Below, in pieces: positions 41,601-56,822 of a stretch of 64,000 bases of DNA; within the stretch, counting starts at the first letter, position 1; the number at the start of each line of letters is the position of its first letter. The notes beneath the pieces were generated by a model. That model saw nothing but the letters and a program-made list of their open reading frames with translations, was not told the origin of the DNA and ran no database searches. The DNA lies in NCBI RefSeq assembly GCF_009914755.1, contig NC_060933.1. The stretch is one strand, 5' to 3'. The DNA is from the human T2T-CHM13v2.0 reference genome, Homo sapiens. Made by a program: the position numbers and the translations under genes.

Positions 41601-44600
41601 GTTCCATTCCATTCCATTCCATTCCATTCCATTCTATTCGGGTTAATTCCATTCCATTCCATTCCATTCCATTCCATTCCATTCCATTCCATTTCAATCG
41701 AGTTGATTCCATTCCATTCCATTCCATTCCATTCCACTGCATTCCAGTCCTTTCCATTCCATTCCACTCGGGTTGATTCCAATGTATTCCTTTCCATTCC
41801 ATTCCATTCCTTTCCATTGCAATCGAGTTGAATCCATTGCTTTGCATTCCATTCCATTCCATTCCATTCCGGATGATTCCATTCCATTGCATTCCATTCC
41901 ATTCCATTCCCGTGCACTCGGGTTGATTCCATTCCATTCCACTCCATTCCGTTCCATTCCATTCCATTGCATTGTATTCGGGTTAATTCCATTCCATTCC
42001 ATTCCATTCCATTCCATTCCATTACAATCGACTTGATTCCATTCCATTCCATTCCATTGCAGTCCTTTCCATTCCATTCCTCTCGGGTTGATTCCATTCT
42101 ATTAGTTTCCATTCCATTCCATTCCCTTCCATTCCACTCTGGTTGATTCCATTCCTTTCCATTCCACTCGAATACATTCCCTCCTATTCCACTCGGAACG
42201 ATTCCATTCCATTCCATTCCATTCCATACCATTCCATTCCATTCCATTCCATTTCGTTCCATTCCATTCTATTCCGTATCATTCCATTCCATTTCATTCC
42301 ATTCCATTCCATTCCATTCCATTCCATTGTACTCGGGTTGATTCAATTCCATTGCATTCCATTCCATTCCATTCCATTCCATTCCGTTGCATTCCATTCC
42401 ATTACATTCGGATTGATTCTATTCAACTCCCTTACTCTCCATTCCATTCCATTCCATTCGGGTTGTTCCATTCCATTCCATTCCATTCCACTCCATTCCA
42501 TTGCACTCGGGTTGATTCCATTCCATTCCATTCCATTCCATTCCATTCCATTCCATTCCGGATGATTCCATTCCATTGCATTCCGTTCCATTACATTCCC
42601 CTGCACTCGCGTTGATTCCATTCCATTCCATTCCATTCCATTCAATTGCATTCCATTACAATTCGTTCCATTCCATTCTATTCCGTACCATTCCATTCCA
42701 TTCCATACCATTCCATTCCATTCCATTCCATTCCATTCCATTCCGTTCCATTCCGTTCCATTCCATTCCATTCCATTCTATTTGAATTAATTCCATTCCA
42801 TTCCATTCCATTCCATTCTATTCCATTCCATTGCAATCGAGTTGTATCCATTGCATTTCATTCCATTCCATTGCATTCCATTCCATTCTGGAAGATTCCA
42901 TTCCATTGCATTCCATTCCATTCCATTCCCCTGCACTCGCGTTGATTCCATTTCATTCCATTCCATTCCATTCCATTCCATTCCATTCCGTTCCGTTCCA
43001 TTCCATTCTATTCGCGTTAATTCCATTCCATTCCATTCGATTGCAATCGAGTTGATTCCATTCCATTCCATTCCATTCCATTCCATTCCATTCCATTCCA
43101 TTCCTTTCCATTCCATTACGGATGATTCCATTCCATTGCATTCCATTCCATTCCATTCCCCTGTACTCGGGTTGATTCCATTCCATTCCATTCCAATCCA
43201 TGCCATTCCACTCGTGTTGATTCCATTCTTTCCATTCCATTCCTGTTGAATCCATTCCATTGCATTCCATTCCATTCGATTCCATTCGATTGCACTCGGG
43301 TTGATTCCATTCCATTGCATTCCATTCCATTCCATTCCATTCCATTCCATTCCATTCCATACCCTTTCATTACATTCAGATTGATTCTATTCAATTCCCT
43401 TAGACTCCATTATATTCCAATCCATTCTGGTTGTCTCCATTCCATTCCATTCCATTTCACTCCATTCCATTGCAATCGGGTTGATTCCATTCCATTCCAT
43501 TCCATTGCATTCCATTCCATTCCATTCCGGATGATTCCATTCCATTGCATTCCATTCCATTCCATTCCCCTGCACTCGGGTTGATTCCATTCCATTCCAT
43601 TACATTACATTCCGTTCCATTCCATTCCATTCCATTCGGATTGATTCTATTCAATTCCCTTACACTCCATTCCATTCCATTCCATTCGGGTAGTTTCCAT
43701 TGCATTCCATTCCATTCCTCTCCATTCCATTGCACTCGGGTTGATTCCATTCCATTCCATTCCATTCCATTCCATTCCATTCCATTCGGGATGATTCCAT
43801 TCCATTGCATTCCGTTCCATTACATTCCCCTGCACTCAGGTTGATTCCATTCCATTCCATTCCATTCCATTCCATTCCATTCCATTCCAATTCTTTCCAT
43901 TCCATTCTATTCCGTACCATTCCATTCCATTCCATACAATTCCATTCCATTCCATTCCACTCCGTTCCGTTCCGTTCTGTTCCGTTCCATTACATTCCAT
44001 TCCATTCTATTCGGTTTAATTCCATTCCATTCCATTCCATTCCATTCCATTCTATTCCATTCCATTGCAATCGATTTGAATCTATTGCATTCCATTCCAT
44101 TCCATTCCATTCCATTCCATTCCATTCCATTCCGGAAGATTCCATGCCATTCCATTCCATTCCATTCCATTCCATTATACTCGGGTTGATTCCAATCCAT
44201 TGCATTCCATTCCATTCCATTCCATTCCATTCCATTCCATTCCGTTCCATTCCATTCCATTACATTCGGATTGATTCTTTTCAACTCCCTTACTCTCCAT
44301 TACATTCCATTCCGTTCGGGTTGTTCCATTCCATTCCATTCTATTCCACTCCATTCCATTGCACTCGGGTTGATTCCATTCCATTCCATTCCATTCGATT
44401 CCATTCCATTCGTTTCTTTTCCATTCCATTACGGATGATTCCATTCCTTTGCATTCCATTCCATTCCATTCCCCTGTACTCGGGTTGATTCCATTCCATT
44501 CCATTCCAATCCATGCCATTCAACTGCTGTTGATTCCATTCTTTCCTTTCCATTAAAGTTGAATCCATTCCATTGCATTCCATTCCATTCGATTCCATTC

Positions 44601-44734
44601 GATTGCACTCGGGTTGATTCCATTCCATTGCATTCCATTCCATTCCATTTCATTCCATTCCATTCCTTTCCATTCCATTCCATTCCATTCCATTCCATTG
44701 CAATCGAGTTGATTCCATTCCATTCCTTTCCATT

Positions 44735-45010
44735 CCATTCCATTGCCTTGCATTCCACTCGGGTTGATTCCATTCCCTTCTTTCCACTCCATTACATTCC
44801 CTTCCATTCCACTCGGAATGATTGATTCCATTCCATTCCATTCCATTTCATTCCATTGCAATCCATTCCAATCCATTCCATTCCATTCCATTCCACTCGA
44901 GTTGATTTCATTCCATTCCTTTCCATTCCATTCCATTCGTTTCCACTCGAGTTGATTCCATTCCATTCCATTCCATTGCATTCCATTCCATGCCATTCCA
45001 CTCGGGTTGA
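44735..45010 (+). repeat. Rare diverged satellite module, copy 1
   Basis: TGCCTTGC...CCCTTCTTTCCACTCC...ACTCGGAATGATTG...CTCGAG x2. Seen only here and 1786 bp downstream. Confidence 0.85.
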
Positions 45011-46519
45011 TTCCATTCCATTCCATTCCATTCCATTCCATTCCATTGCATTCCATTGCATTCCATTCCATTCCTTTCGCCTGCACTCGGGTTGATTCCA
45101 TTCCATTCCATTCCATTTAATTCCATTCCATTCCATTCCAATCCGTTCTATTCCATTCCATTCTATTCCATTGCAATCGACTTGATTCCATTCCATTCCA
45201 TTCCATTCCATTCCATTCCATTCCATTCCATTCCATTCCATTTTGTTCCAATCCATTCTATTCCGAACCATTCCATTCCATTCCATTCCATTCAATTCCA
45301 TTCCATTCCAGCCATTCCACTCGGGTTGATTCCATTCCTTTCCATTCCATTCGGGTTGAATCCATTCCACTCCATTCCATTCCATTCGAATCCATTCCAT
45401 TGCACTCGGGTTGATTCCATTCCATTCCATTCCATTCGATTCCATTCCATTCCATTCCATTCCGTTCGATTCCATTTCATTACATTCAGATTGATTCTAT
45501 TCAATTCCCTTACACTCCATTATATTCCAATCCATTCTGGTTGTTTCCATTCCATTCCATTCCATTTCACTCCATTCCATTGCACTCGGTTTGATTCCAT
45601 TCCATTCCATTCCATTCCATTCCATTCCATTCCGGATGATTCCATTCCATTGCATTCCATTCCATTCCATTCCCCTGCACTCGCTTTGATTCCATTCCAT
45701 TCCATTCCATTCCATTCCATTCCATTCCATTCCATTCCACTCCATTCCATTCCATTCCTTTCCGTTCCATTCCATTCCATTCCATTCCATTCCAATCCAT
45801 TCCATTCCGTTCCGTTCGGTTCCATTCCATTCCATTCCATTCTATTCGGGTTAATTCCATTCCATTCCATTCGATTGCAATCGAGTTGATTCCATTCCAT
45901 TCTATTCAATTCCATTCCATTCCATTCCATTCCTTTCCATTCCATTACTGATGATTCCATTCCATTGCATTCCATTCCATTCCATTCCCCTGTACTCGGG
46001 TTGATTCCATTCCATTCCATTCCAATCCATGCCATTCCACTCGTGTTGATTCCATTCTTTCCATTCCATTCAAGTTGAATCAATTCCATTGCATTCCATT
46101 CCATTCCATTCCCCTGCAGTCGGGTTGATTCCATTCCATTCCATTCCATTCCATTCCGTTCCATTCCATTCCGTTCCATTCCATTCCATTCCATTCTATT
46201 CGGGTTAATTCCATTCCATTCCATTCCATTCCATTCCATTCCATTCCATTCCAATCGAGTTGATTCCATTCCATTCCATTGCATTCCATTCCATTCCATT
46301 GCAATGGAGTTGATTCCATTCCATTCCATTCCATTCCGGATGATTCCATTCCATTGCATTCCATTCCATTCCATTCCCCTGCACTCGTGTTGATTCCATT
46401 ACCTTCCATTCCATTCCATTCCGTTCCATTCCATTGCATTCCATTCTATTCCGGTTAATTCCATTCCATTCCATTCCATTCCATTGCAATCGAGTTGATT
46501 CCATTCCATTCCTTTCCAT

Positions 46520-46800
46520 TCCATTCCATTGCCTTGCATTCCAATCGGGTTGATTCCATTCCCTTCTTTCCACTCCGTTACATTCCCTTCCATTCCACTC
46601 GGAATGATTGATTCCATACCATTCCATTCCATTTCATTCCGTTGCAATCCATTCCAATGTATTCCATTCCATTCCATTCCACTCGAGTTGATTTCATTCC
46701 ATTCCTTTCCATTCCATTCCATTCCTTTCCACTCGAGTTGATTCCATTCCATTCCATTCCATTGCATTCCATTCCATGCCATTCCACTCGGGTTGATTCC
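46520..46800 (+). repeat. Rare diverged satellite module, copy 2
   Basis: Near-copy of 44735-45010. The 70-aa ORFs at 44743 and 46529 mirror the pair. Confidence 0.85.
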
Positions 46801-49800
46801 ATTCCTTTCCATTCCATTCCATTCCATTCCATTCCATTGCATTCCATTCCATTCCGTTGCATTCCATTCCATTACATTCGGATTCATTCTATTCAACTCC
46901 CTTACTCTCCATTACATTCCATTCCATTCGGGTTGTTCCATTCCATTCCATTCCATTCCACTCCATTCCATTGCACTCGGGTTGATTCCATTCCATTCCA
47001 TTCCGGATGATTCCATTCCATTGCATTCCGTTCCATTACATTCCCCTGCACTCGCGTTGATTCCATTCCATTCCATTCCATTCCATTCAATTCCATTCCA
47101 TTACAATTCGTTCCATTCCATTCTATTCCGTACCATTCCATTCCATTCCATACCATTCCATTCCATTCCATTCCATTCCATTCCATTCCGTTCCGTTCCA
47201 TTCCGTTCCATTCCATTCCATTCCATTCTATTCGGGTTAATTCCATTCCATTCCATTCCATTCCATTCTATTCCATTCCATTGCAATCGAGTTGAATCCA
47301 TTGCATTTCATTCCATTCCATTCCATTCCATTCCATTCCGGAAGATTCCATTCCATTGCATTCCATTCCATTCCATTCCCCTGCACTCGCGTTGATTCCA
47401 TTCCATTCCATTCCATTCCATTCCATTCCATTCCGTTCCGTTCCGTTCCGTTCCATTCCATTCCATTCCATTCCGTTCCGTTCCGTTCCGTTCCATTCCA
47501 TTCCATTCCATTCCATTCGATTGCAATCGTGTTGATTCCATTCCATTCCATTCCATTCCATTCCATTCCTTTCCATTCCATTACGGATGATTCCATTCCA
47601 TTGCATTCCATTCCATTCCATTCCCCTGTACTCGGGTTGATTCCATTCCATTGCATTCCAATCCATGCCCTTCCACTCGTGTTGATTCCATTCTTTCCAT
47701 TCCATTCAAGTTGAATCCATTCCATTGCATTCCATTCCATTCGATTCCATTCGATTGCACTCGGGTTGATTCCATTCCATTGCATTCCATTCCATTCCAT
47801 TCCATTCCATTCCGTTCCATTCCATTCCATTACATTCGGATTAATTCTATTCAATTCCCTTACACTCCATTACATTCCATTCCATTCGGGTAGTTTCCAT
47901 TCCATTCCATTCCATTCCTCTGCATTCCATTGCACTCGGGTTGATTCCATTCCATTGCATCCCATTCCATTCCATTCAATTCCATTCCGTTCCATTCCAT
48001 TCCATTACATTCGGATTGATTCTATTCAACTCCCTTAGTCTCCATTACATTCCATTCCATTCGGGTTGTTCCATTCCATTCCATTCCATTCCACTCCATT
48101 CCATTGCACTCGGGTTTATTCCATTCCATTCCATTCCATTCAATTCCATTCCATTCCGGAAGATTCCATTCCATTGCATTCCATTCCATTCCATTCCGCT
48201 GCACTCGCGTTGATTCCATTCCATTCCATTCCATTCCATTCCATTCCATTCCATTCCATTCCATTCCTTTCCGTTCCATTCCATTCCATTCCATTCCATT
48301 CCATTCCGTTCCGTTCCGTTCCATTCCATTCCATTCCATTCTATTCGGGTTAATTCCATTCCATTCCATTCGATTGCAATCGAGTTGATTCCATTCCATT
48401 CTATTCCATTCCATTGCATTCCATTCCATTCCATTCCATTCCTTTCCATTCCATTACGGATGATTCCATTCCATTGCATTCCATTCCATTCCATTCCCCT
48501 GTACTCGGGTTGATTCCATTGCATTCCATTCCAATCCATGCAATTCCACTCGTGTTGATTCCATTCTTTCCATTCCATTCAAGTTGAATCCATTCCTTTG
48601 CATTCCATTCCGTTCGATTCCATTCGATTGCACTCGGGTTGATTCCATTCCATTGCATTCCATTCCATTCCATTCCATTCCATTCCATTCCATTCCATTC
48701 CACTGTACTCGGGTTGATTCAATTCCATTGCATTCCATTCCATTCCATTCCGTTGCATTCCATTCCATTCCTTTCCCCTGCAGTCGGGTTGATTCCATTC
48801 CATTCCATTCCATTCCATTCCATTCCATTCTATTCCAATCAAGTTGATTCCATTCCATTCCATTCCATTCCATTCCATTCCACTCCATTCCAGTCCTTTC
48901 CATTCCATTCCACTCGGGTTGATTCCAATGTATTCCTTTCCATTCCATTCCATTCCATTGCAATCGAGTTGATTCCATTGCTTTGCATTCCATTCCATTC
49001 CTTTCCATTCCGGATGATTCCATTCCATTGCATTCCATTCCATTCCATTCCCCTGCACTCGGGTTGATTCCATTCCATTCCACTCCATTCCATTCCATTC
49101 CATTCCATTCCATTCCATTGTATTCGTGTTAATTCCATTCCATTCCATTCCATTCCATTCCATTCCATTACAATCGAGTTGATTCCATTCCATTCCATTC
49201 CATTCCAGTCCTTTCCATTCCATTCCACTCGGGTTGATTCCATTCTATTAGTTTCCATTCCATTCCATTCCCTTCCATTCCACTCTGGTTGATTCCAATC
49301 CTTTCCATTCAACTCGAATACATTCCCTCCTATTCCACTCGGATCGATTCCATTCCATTCCATTCCATTCCATTCCATTCCATTCCATTCCGTTGCATTC
49401 CATTCCATTACATTCGGATTGATTCTATTCAACTCCCTTACTCTCCATTACATTCCATTCCATTCGGGTTGTTCCATTCCATTCCATTCCATTCCACTCC
49501 ATTCCATTGCACTCGGGTTGATTCCATTCCATTCCATTCCATTCCATTCCATTCCATTCCATTCCGGATGATTCCATTCCATTGCATTCCGTTCCATTAC
49601 ATTCCCCTGCACTCGCGTTGATTCCATTCCATTCCATTCCATTCCATTCCATTCCATTACAATTCGTTCCATTCCATTCTATTCCGTACCATTCCATTCC
49701 ATTCCATACCATTCCATTCTATTCGGATTAATTCCATTCCATTCCATTCCATTCCATTCTATTCCATTCCATTGCAATCGAGTTGAATCCATTGCATTTC

Positions 49801-52800
49801 ATTCCATTCCATTCCATTCCATTCCGGAAGTTTCCATTCCATTGCATTCCATTCCATTCCATTCCTCTGCACTCGTGTTGATTCCATTCCATTCCATTCC
49901 ATTCCATTCCGTTCCGTTCCATTCCATTCCATTCCATTCCGTTCCATTCCATTCCATTCCATTCCATTCTATTCGGGTTAGTTCCATTCCATTCCATTCG
50001 ATTGCAATCGAGTTGATTCCATTCCATTCCATTCCATTCCATTCCATTCCATTCCTTTCCATTCCATTACGGATGATTCCATTCCATTGCATTCCATTCC
50101 ATTCCATTCCCCTGTACTCGGGTTGATTCCATTCCATTCCATTCCAATCCATGCCATTCCACTCGTGTTGATTCCATTCTTTCCATTCCATTCAAGTTGA
50201 ATCCATTCCATTGCATTCCATTCCATTCGATTCCATTCGATTGCACTCGGGTTGATTCCATTCCATTGCATTCCATTCCATTCCATTCCATTCCATTCCA
50301 TTCCGTTCCATTCCATTCCATTACATTCGGATTGATTCTATTCAATTGCCTTACACTCCATTACATTACATTCCATTCGGGTAGTTTCCATTCCATTCCA
50401 TTCCATTCCTCTCCATTCCATTGCACTCGGGTTGATTCCATTCCATTGCATTCCATTCCATTCCATTCAATTCCATTCCGTTCCGTTCCATTCCATTACA
50501 TTCGGATTGATTGTATTCAACTCCCTTACTCTCCATTACATTCCATTCCATTCGGGTTGTTCCATTCCATTCCATTCCATTCCACTCCATTCCATTGTAC
50601 TCGGGTTGATGCCATTCCATTCCATTCCATTCTATTCCATTCCATTCCATTCCATTCCGGAAGATTCCATTCCATTGCATTCCATTCCATTCCATTCCCC
50701 TGCACTCGCGTTGATTCCATTCCATTCCATTCCATTCCATTCCATTCCATTCCATTCCGTTCCGTTCCATTCCATTCCATTCCATTCCATTCCATTCCGT
50801 TCCGTTCCATTCCATTCCATTCCATTCTATTCGGGTTAATTCCATTCCATTCCATTCGATTGCAATCGAGTTGATTCCATTCCATTCCATTCCATTCCAT
50901 TCCATTCCTTTCCATTCCATTACGGATGATTCCATTCCATTGAATTGCATTCCATTCCATTCCCCTGTACTCGGGTTGATTCCATTCCATTCCATTCCAA
51001 TCCATGCCATTCCACTCGTGTTGATTCCATTCTTTCCATTCCATTCAAGTTGAATCCATTCCATTGCATTCCATTCCATTTGATTCCATTCGATTGCACT
51101 CGGTTTGATTCCATTCCATTGCATTCCATTCCATTCCATTCCATTCCATTCCATTACCTTCCATTCCACTCTGGTTGATTCCATTCCTTTCCATTCCACT
51201 CGAATACATTCCCTCCTATTCCACTCGGAACGATTCCATTCCATTCTATTCCATTCCATTCCATTCCATTCCATTCCATTCCATTCCATTTCGTTCCATT
51301 CCATTCTATTCCGTATCATTCCATTCCATTCCATTCCATTCCATTCCATTCCATTCCATTGTACTCGGGTTGATTCCATTCCATTGCATTCCATTCCATT
51401 CCATTCCATTCCATTCCATGCCGTTGCATTCCATTCCATTACATTCCGATTGATTCTATTCAACTCCCTTATTCTCCATTACATTCCATTCCATTCGGGT
51501 TGTTCCATTCCATTCCATTCCATTCCACTCCATTCCATTGCACTCGGGTTGATTCCATTCCATTCCATTCCATTCCATTCCATTCCGGATGATTCCATTC
51601 CATTGCATTCCGTTCCATTACATTCCCCTGCACTCGTGTTGATTCCATTCCATTCCATTCCATTCCATTCAATTCCATTCCATTACAATTCGTTCCATTC
51701 CATTCTATTCCGTACCATTCAATTCCATTCCATACCATTCCATTCCATTCCATTCCATTCCATTCCTTTCCATTCCATTCCATTCTATTCTATTCGGATT
51801 AATTCCATTCCATTCTATTCCATTCCATTCCATTCTATTCCATTCCATTGCAATCGAGTTGAATCCATTGCATTTCATTCCATTCCATTCCATTCCATTC
51901 CATTCCGGAAGTTTCCATCCCAATGCATTCCATTCCATTCCATTCCCCTGCACTCGCGTTTATTCCATTCCATTCCATTCCATTACATTCCATTCCGTTC
52001 CGTTCCATTCCATTCCATTCCATTCCATTCCATTCCATTCCGTTCCGTTCCATTCCATTCCATTCCATTCTATTCGGGTTAATTCCATTCCATTCCATTC
52101 GATTGCAATCGAGTTGATTCCATTCCATTCCATTCCATTCCATTCCATTCCATTCCTTTCCATTCCATTACGGATGATTCCATTACATTGCATTCCATTC
52201 CATTCCATTCCCCTGTACTCGGGTTGATTCCATTCCATTCCATTCCAATCCATGCCATTCCACTCGTGTTGATTCCATTCTTTCTATTCCATTCAAGTTG
52301 AATCCATTCCATTGCATTCCATTCCATTCGATTCCATTCGATTGCACTCGGGTTGATTCCATTCCATTGCATTCCATTCCATTCCATTCCTTTCCATTCC
52401 GTTCCATTCCATTCCATTCCTTTCGGATTGATTCTATTCAATTCCCTTACACTCCATTCCATTCCATTCCATTCGGGTAGTTTCCATTCCATTCCATTCC
52501 ATTCCTCTCCATTCCATTGCACTCGGGTTGATTTCATTCCATTGCATTCCATTCCATTCCATTCCTTTCCATTCCGTTCCATTCCATTCCATTACATTCG
52601 GATTGATTCTATTCAACTCCCTTACTCTCCATTACATTCCATTCCATTCGGGTTGTTCCATTCCATTCCATTCCATTCCACTCCATTCCATTGCACTCGG
52701 GTTTATTCCATTCCATTCCATTCCATTCCGGAAGATTCCATTCCATTGCATTCCATTCCATTCCATTCCCCTGCACTCGCGTTGATTCCATTCCATTCCA

Positions 52801-55800
52801 TTCCATTCCATTCCATTCCATTCCATTCCATTCCATTCCTTTCCGTTCCATTCCATTCCATTCCATTCCAATCCATTCCATTCCATTCCATTCCGTTCCG
52901 TTCCGTTCCATTCCATTCCATTCCATTCTATTCGGGTTAATTCCATTCCATTCCATTCGATTGCAATTGAGTTGATTCCATTCCATTCTATTCCATTCCA
53001 TTCCATTCCATTCCATTCCTTTCCATTCCATTACGGATGATTCCATTCCATTGCATTCCATTCCATTCCATTCCCCTGTACTCGGGTTGATTCCATTCCA
53101 TTCCATTCCAATCCATGCCATTCCACTCGTGTTTATTCCATTCTTTCCATTCCATTCAAGTTGAATCCACTCCATTGCATTCCATTCGATTCGATTCCAT
53201 TCGATTGCACTCCGGTTGATTCCATTCCATTGCATTCCATTCCATTCCATTCCATTCCATTCCATTCCGTTCCGTTCCATTCCATTCCATTACATTCCAT
53301 TCCATTCCATTCGGGTTAATTCCATTCCATTCCGTTCCATTCCATTCCATATCATTCCATTCGATTCCATTCCAATCCAATTCTTTCCATTCCATTCTAT
53401 TCCGTACCATTCCATTCCATTCCATAAAATTCCATTCCATTCCATTCCATTCCATTCCATTCCATTCCGTTCCGTTCCGTTCCGTTCCGTTCCATTCCAT
53501 TCCATTCCATTCTATTCGGGTTAATTCCATTCCATTCCATTCCATTCTATTCCACTCCATTGCAATCGAGTTCAATCCATTGCATTCCATTCCATTCCAT
53601 TCCATTCCATTCCATTCCGGAAGATTCCATTCCATTGCATTCCATTCCATTCCATTCCCCTGCACTCGCGTTGAATCCATTCCATTCCATTCCATTCCAT
53701 TCCATTCCATTCCATTCCATTCCATTCCTTTCCGTTCCATTGCATTCCATTCCATTCCATTCCCTTCCATTCCGTTCCGTTCCATTCCATTCCATTCCAT
53801 TCTATTGGGGTTAATTCCATTCCATTCTATTCGATTACAATCGAGTTGATAGCATTCCATTCCATTCCATTCCATTCCATTCCATTCCTTTCCATTCCAT
53901 TACGGATGATTCCATTCCATTGCATTCCATTCCATTCCATTCCCCTGTACTCGGGTTGATTCCATTCAATTCCATTCCAATCCATGCCATTCCTCTTGTG
54001 TTGATTCCATTCTTTCCATTCCATTCAAGTTGAATCCATTCCATTGCATTCCATTCCATTCGATTCCATTCGATTGCACTCGGGTTGATTCCATTCCATT
54101 GCACTCTATTCCATTCCATTCCATTCCATTCCGTTCCATTCCATTTCATTACATTCAGATTGATTCTATTCAATTCCCTTACACTCCATTATATTCCAAT
54201 CCATTCTGGTTGTTTCCATTCCATTCCATTCCATTTCACTCGTGTTGATTCCATTCCTTTCCATTCCATTCGGTTTGAAGCCATTCCATTCCATTCAATT
54301 CCACTCCATTCCATTCCATTCCATGCCATTCCATTCCATTCCATTCCATTCCATTCCATTCCATTCCATTGTACTCGGGTTGATTCCATTCCATTGCATT
54401 CCATTCCATTCCATTCCATTCTGTTCCATTCCATTCCATTACATTCGGATTGATTGTATTCAACTCCGTTACTCTCCATTACATTCCATTCCATTCGGGT
54501 TGTTCCATTCCATTCCGTTCCATTCCACTCCATTCCATTGCACTCGGGTTGATTCCATTCCATTCCATTCCATTCCATTCCATTCCATTCCGGACGATTC
54601 CATTCCATTGTATTCCGTTCCATTACATTCCCATGCACTCGCGTTTATTCCATTCCATTCCATTCCATTCCATACCATTCCATTCCATTCCATTCCATTC
54701 CATTCCATTCCATTCCATTCCATTCCATTCCGGATGATTCCATTCCATTGCATTCCATTCCATTCCATTCCCTTGTACTCCCGTTGATTCCATTCCATTC
54801 CATTCCAATCCATGCCATTCCACTCGTGTTGATTCCATTCTTTCCATTCCATTCAAGTTGAATCCATTCCATTGCATTCCATTCCATTCGATTCCATTCG
54901 ATTGCACTCGGGTCGATTCCATTCCATTGCATTCCATTCCATTCCATTCCATTCCATTCCATTCCATTCCGTTCCGTTCCATTCCATTACATTCGGATTG
55001 ATTCTTTTCAACTCACTTATTCTCCATTACATTCCATTCCATTCGGGTTGTTCCATTCAATTCCATTCCATTCCACTCCATTCCATTGCACTCGGGTTGA
55101 TTCCATTCCATTCCATTCCATTCCATTCCTTTCCGTTCCATTCCATTCCATTCCATTCCATTCCGTTCCGTTCCATTCCATTCCATTCCATTCTATTCGG
55201 GTTAATTCCATTCCATTCTATTCGATTGCAATCGAGTTGATTCCATTCCATTCCATTCCATTCCATTCCATTCCTTTCCATTCCATTACGGATGATTCCT
55301 TTCCATTGCATTCCATTCCATTCCTTTCCCCTGTACTCGGGTTGATTCCATTCCATTCCATTCCAATCCATGCCATTCCACTCGTGTTGATTCCATTCTT
55401 TCCATTCCATTCAGGTTGAATCCATTCCATTGCATTCCATTCCATTCGATTCCATTCGATTGCACTCGGGTTGATTCCATTCCATTGCATTCCATTCCAT
55501 TCCATTCCATTCCATTCCGTTCCATTCCATTTCATTACATTCAGATTGATTCTATTCAATTCCCTTACACTCCATTATATTCCAATCCATTCTGGTTGTT
55601 TCCATTCCATTCCATTCCATTTCACTCCATTTCATTGCACTCGGGATAATTCCATTGCATTCCATTCCATTCCATTCCGGATGATTCGATTCCATTGCAT
55701 TCCATTCCATTCCTTTCCCCTGCAGTCGGGTTGTTTCCATTCCATTACTTTACATTACATTCCGTTCCATTCCATTCCATTCCATTCGGATTGATTCTAT

Positions 55801-56822
55801 TCAATTCCCTTACACTCCATTACATTCCATTCCATTCGGGTAGTTTCCATTCCTTTCCATTCCATTCCTCTCTATTCCATTGTACTCGGGTTGATTCCAT
55901 TCCATTCCATTCCATTCCATTCCATTCCATTGTACTCGGGTTGATTCCATTCCATTGCATTCCATTCCATTCCATTCCATTCCATTCCGTTCCATTCCAT
56001 TCCATTCCATTCGGATTGATTCTATTCAACTCCCTTACTCTCCATTACATTCCATTCCATTCGGGTTGTTCCATTCCATTCCATTCCATTCCACTCCGTT
56101 CCATTGCATTCGGGTTGACTCCATTCCATTCCATTCCATTCCATTCCGGATGATTCCATTCCATTGCATTCCGTTCCATTACATTCCCCTGCACTCGGGT
56201 TGATTCCATTCCATTCCATTCCATTCCATTCGATTCCATTCCATTCCAATTCTTTACATTCCATCCTATTCCGTACCATTCCTTTCCATTCCATACAATT
56301 CCATTCCATTCCATTCCGTTCCGTTCCGTTCCGTTCCGTTCCGTTCCCTTCCATTCCATTCCATTCTATTCGGGTTAATTCCATTTCATTCCATTCCATT
56401 CCATTCTATTCCATTCCATTGCAATCGAGTTGAATCCATTGCATTCCATTCCATTCCATTCCATTCCATTCCGGAAGATTCCATTCCATTGCAATCTATT
56501 CCATTCCATTCCCCTGCACATGCGTTGATTCCATTCCATTCCATTCCATTCCATTCCATTCCGTTCCGTTCCGTTCCATTGCTTTCCATTCCATTCCGTT
56601 CCGTTCCGTTCCGTTCCATTCCATTCCATTCTATTCGGCTTAATTCCATTCCATTCCATTCGATTGCAATCGAGTTGATTCCATTCCATTCCATTCCATT
56701 CCATTCCATTCCATTCCATTCCTTTCCATTCCATTACGGATGATTCCATTCCATTGCATTGCATTCCATTCCATTCCCCTTTACTCGGTTTGATTCCATT
56801 CCATTCCATTCCATTCCATTCT

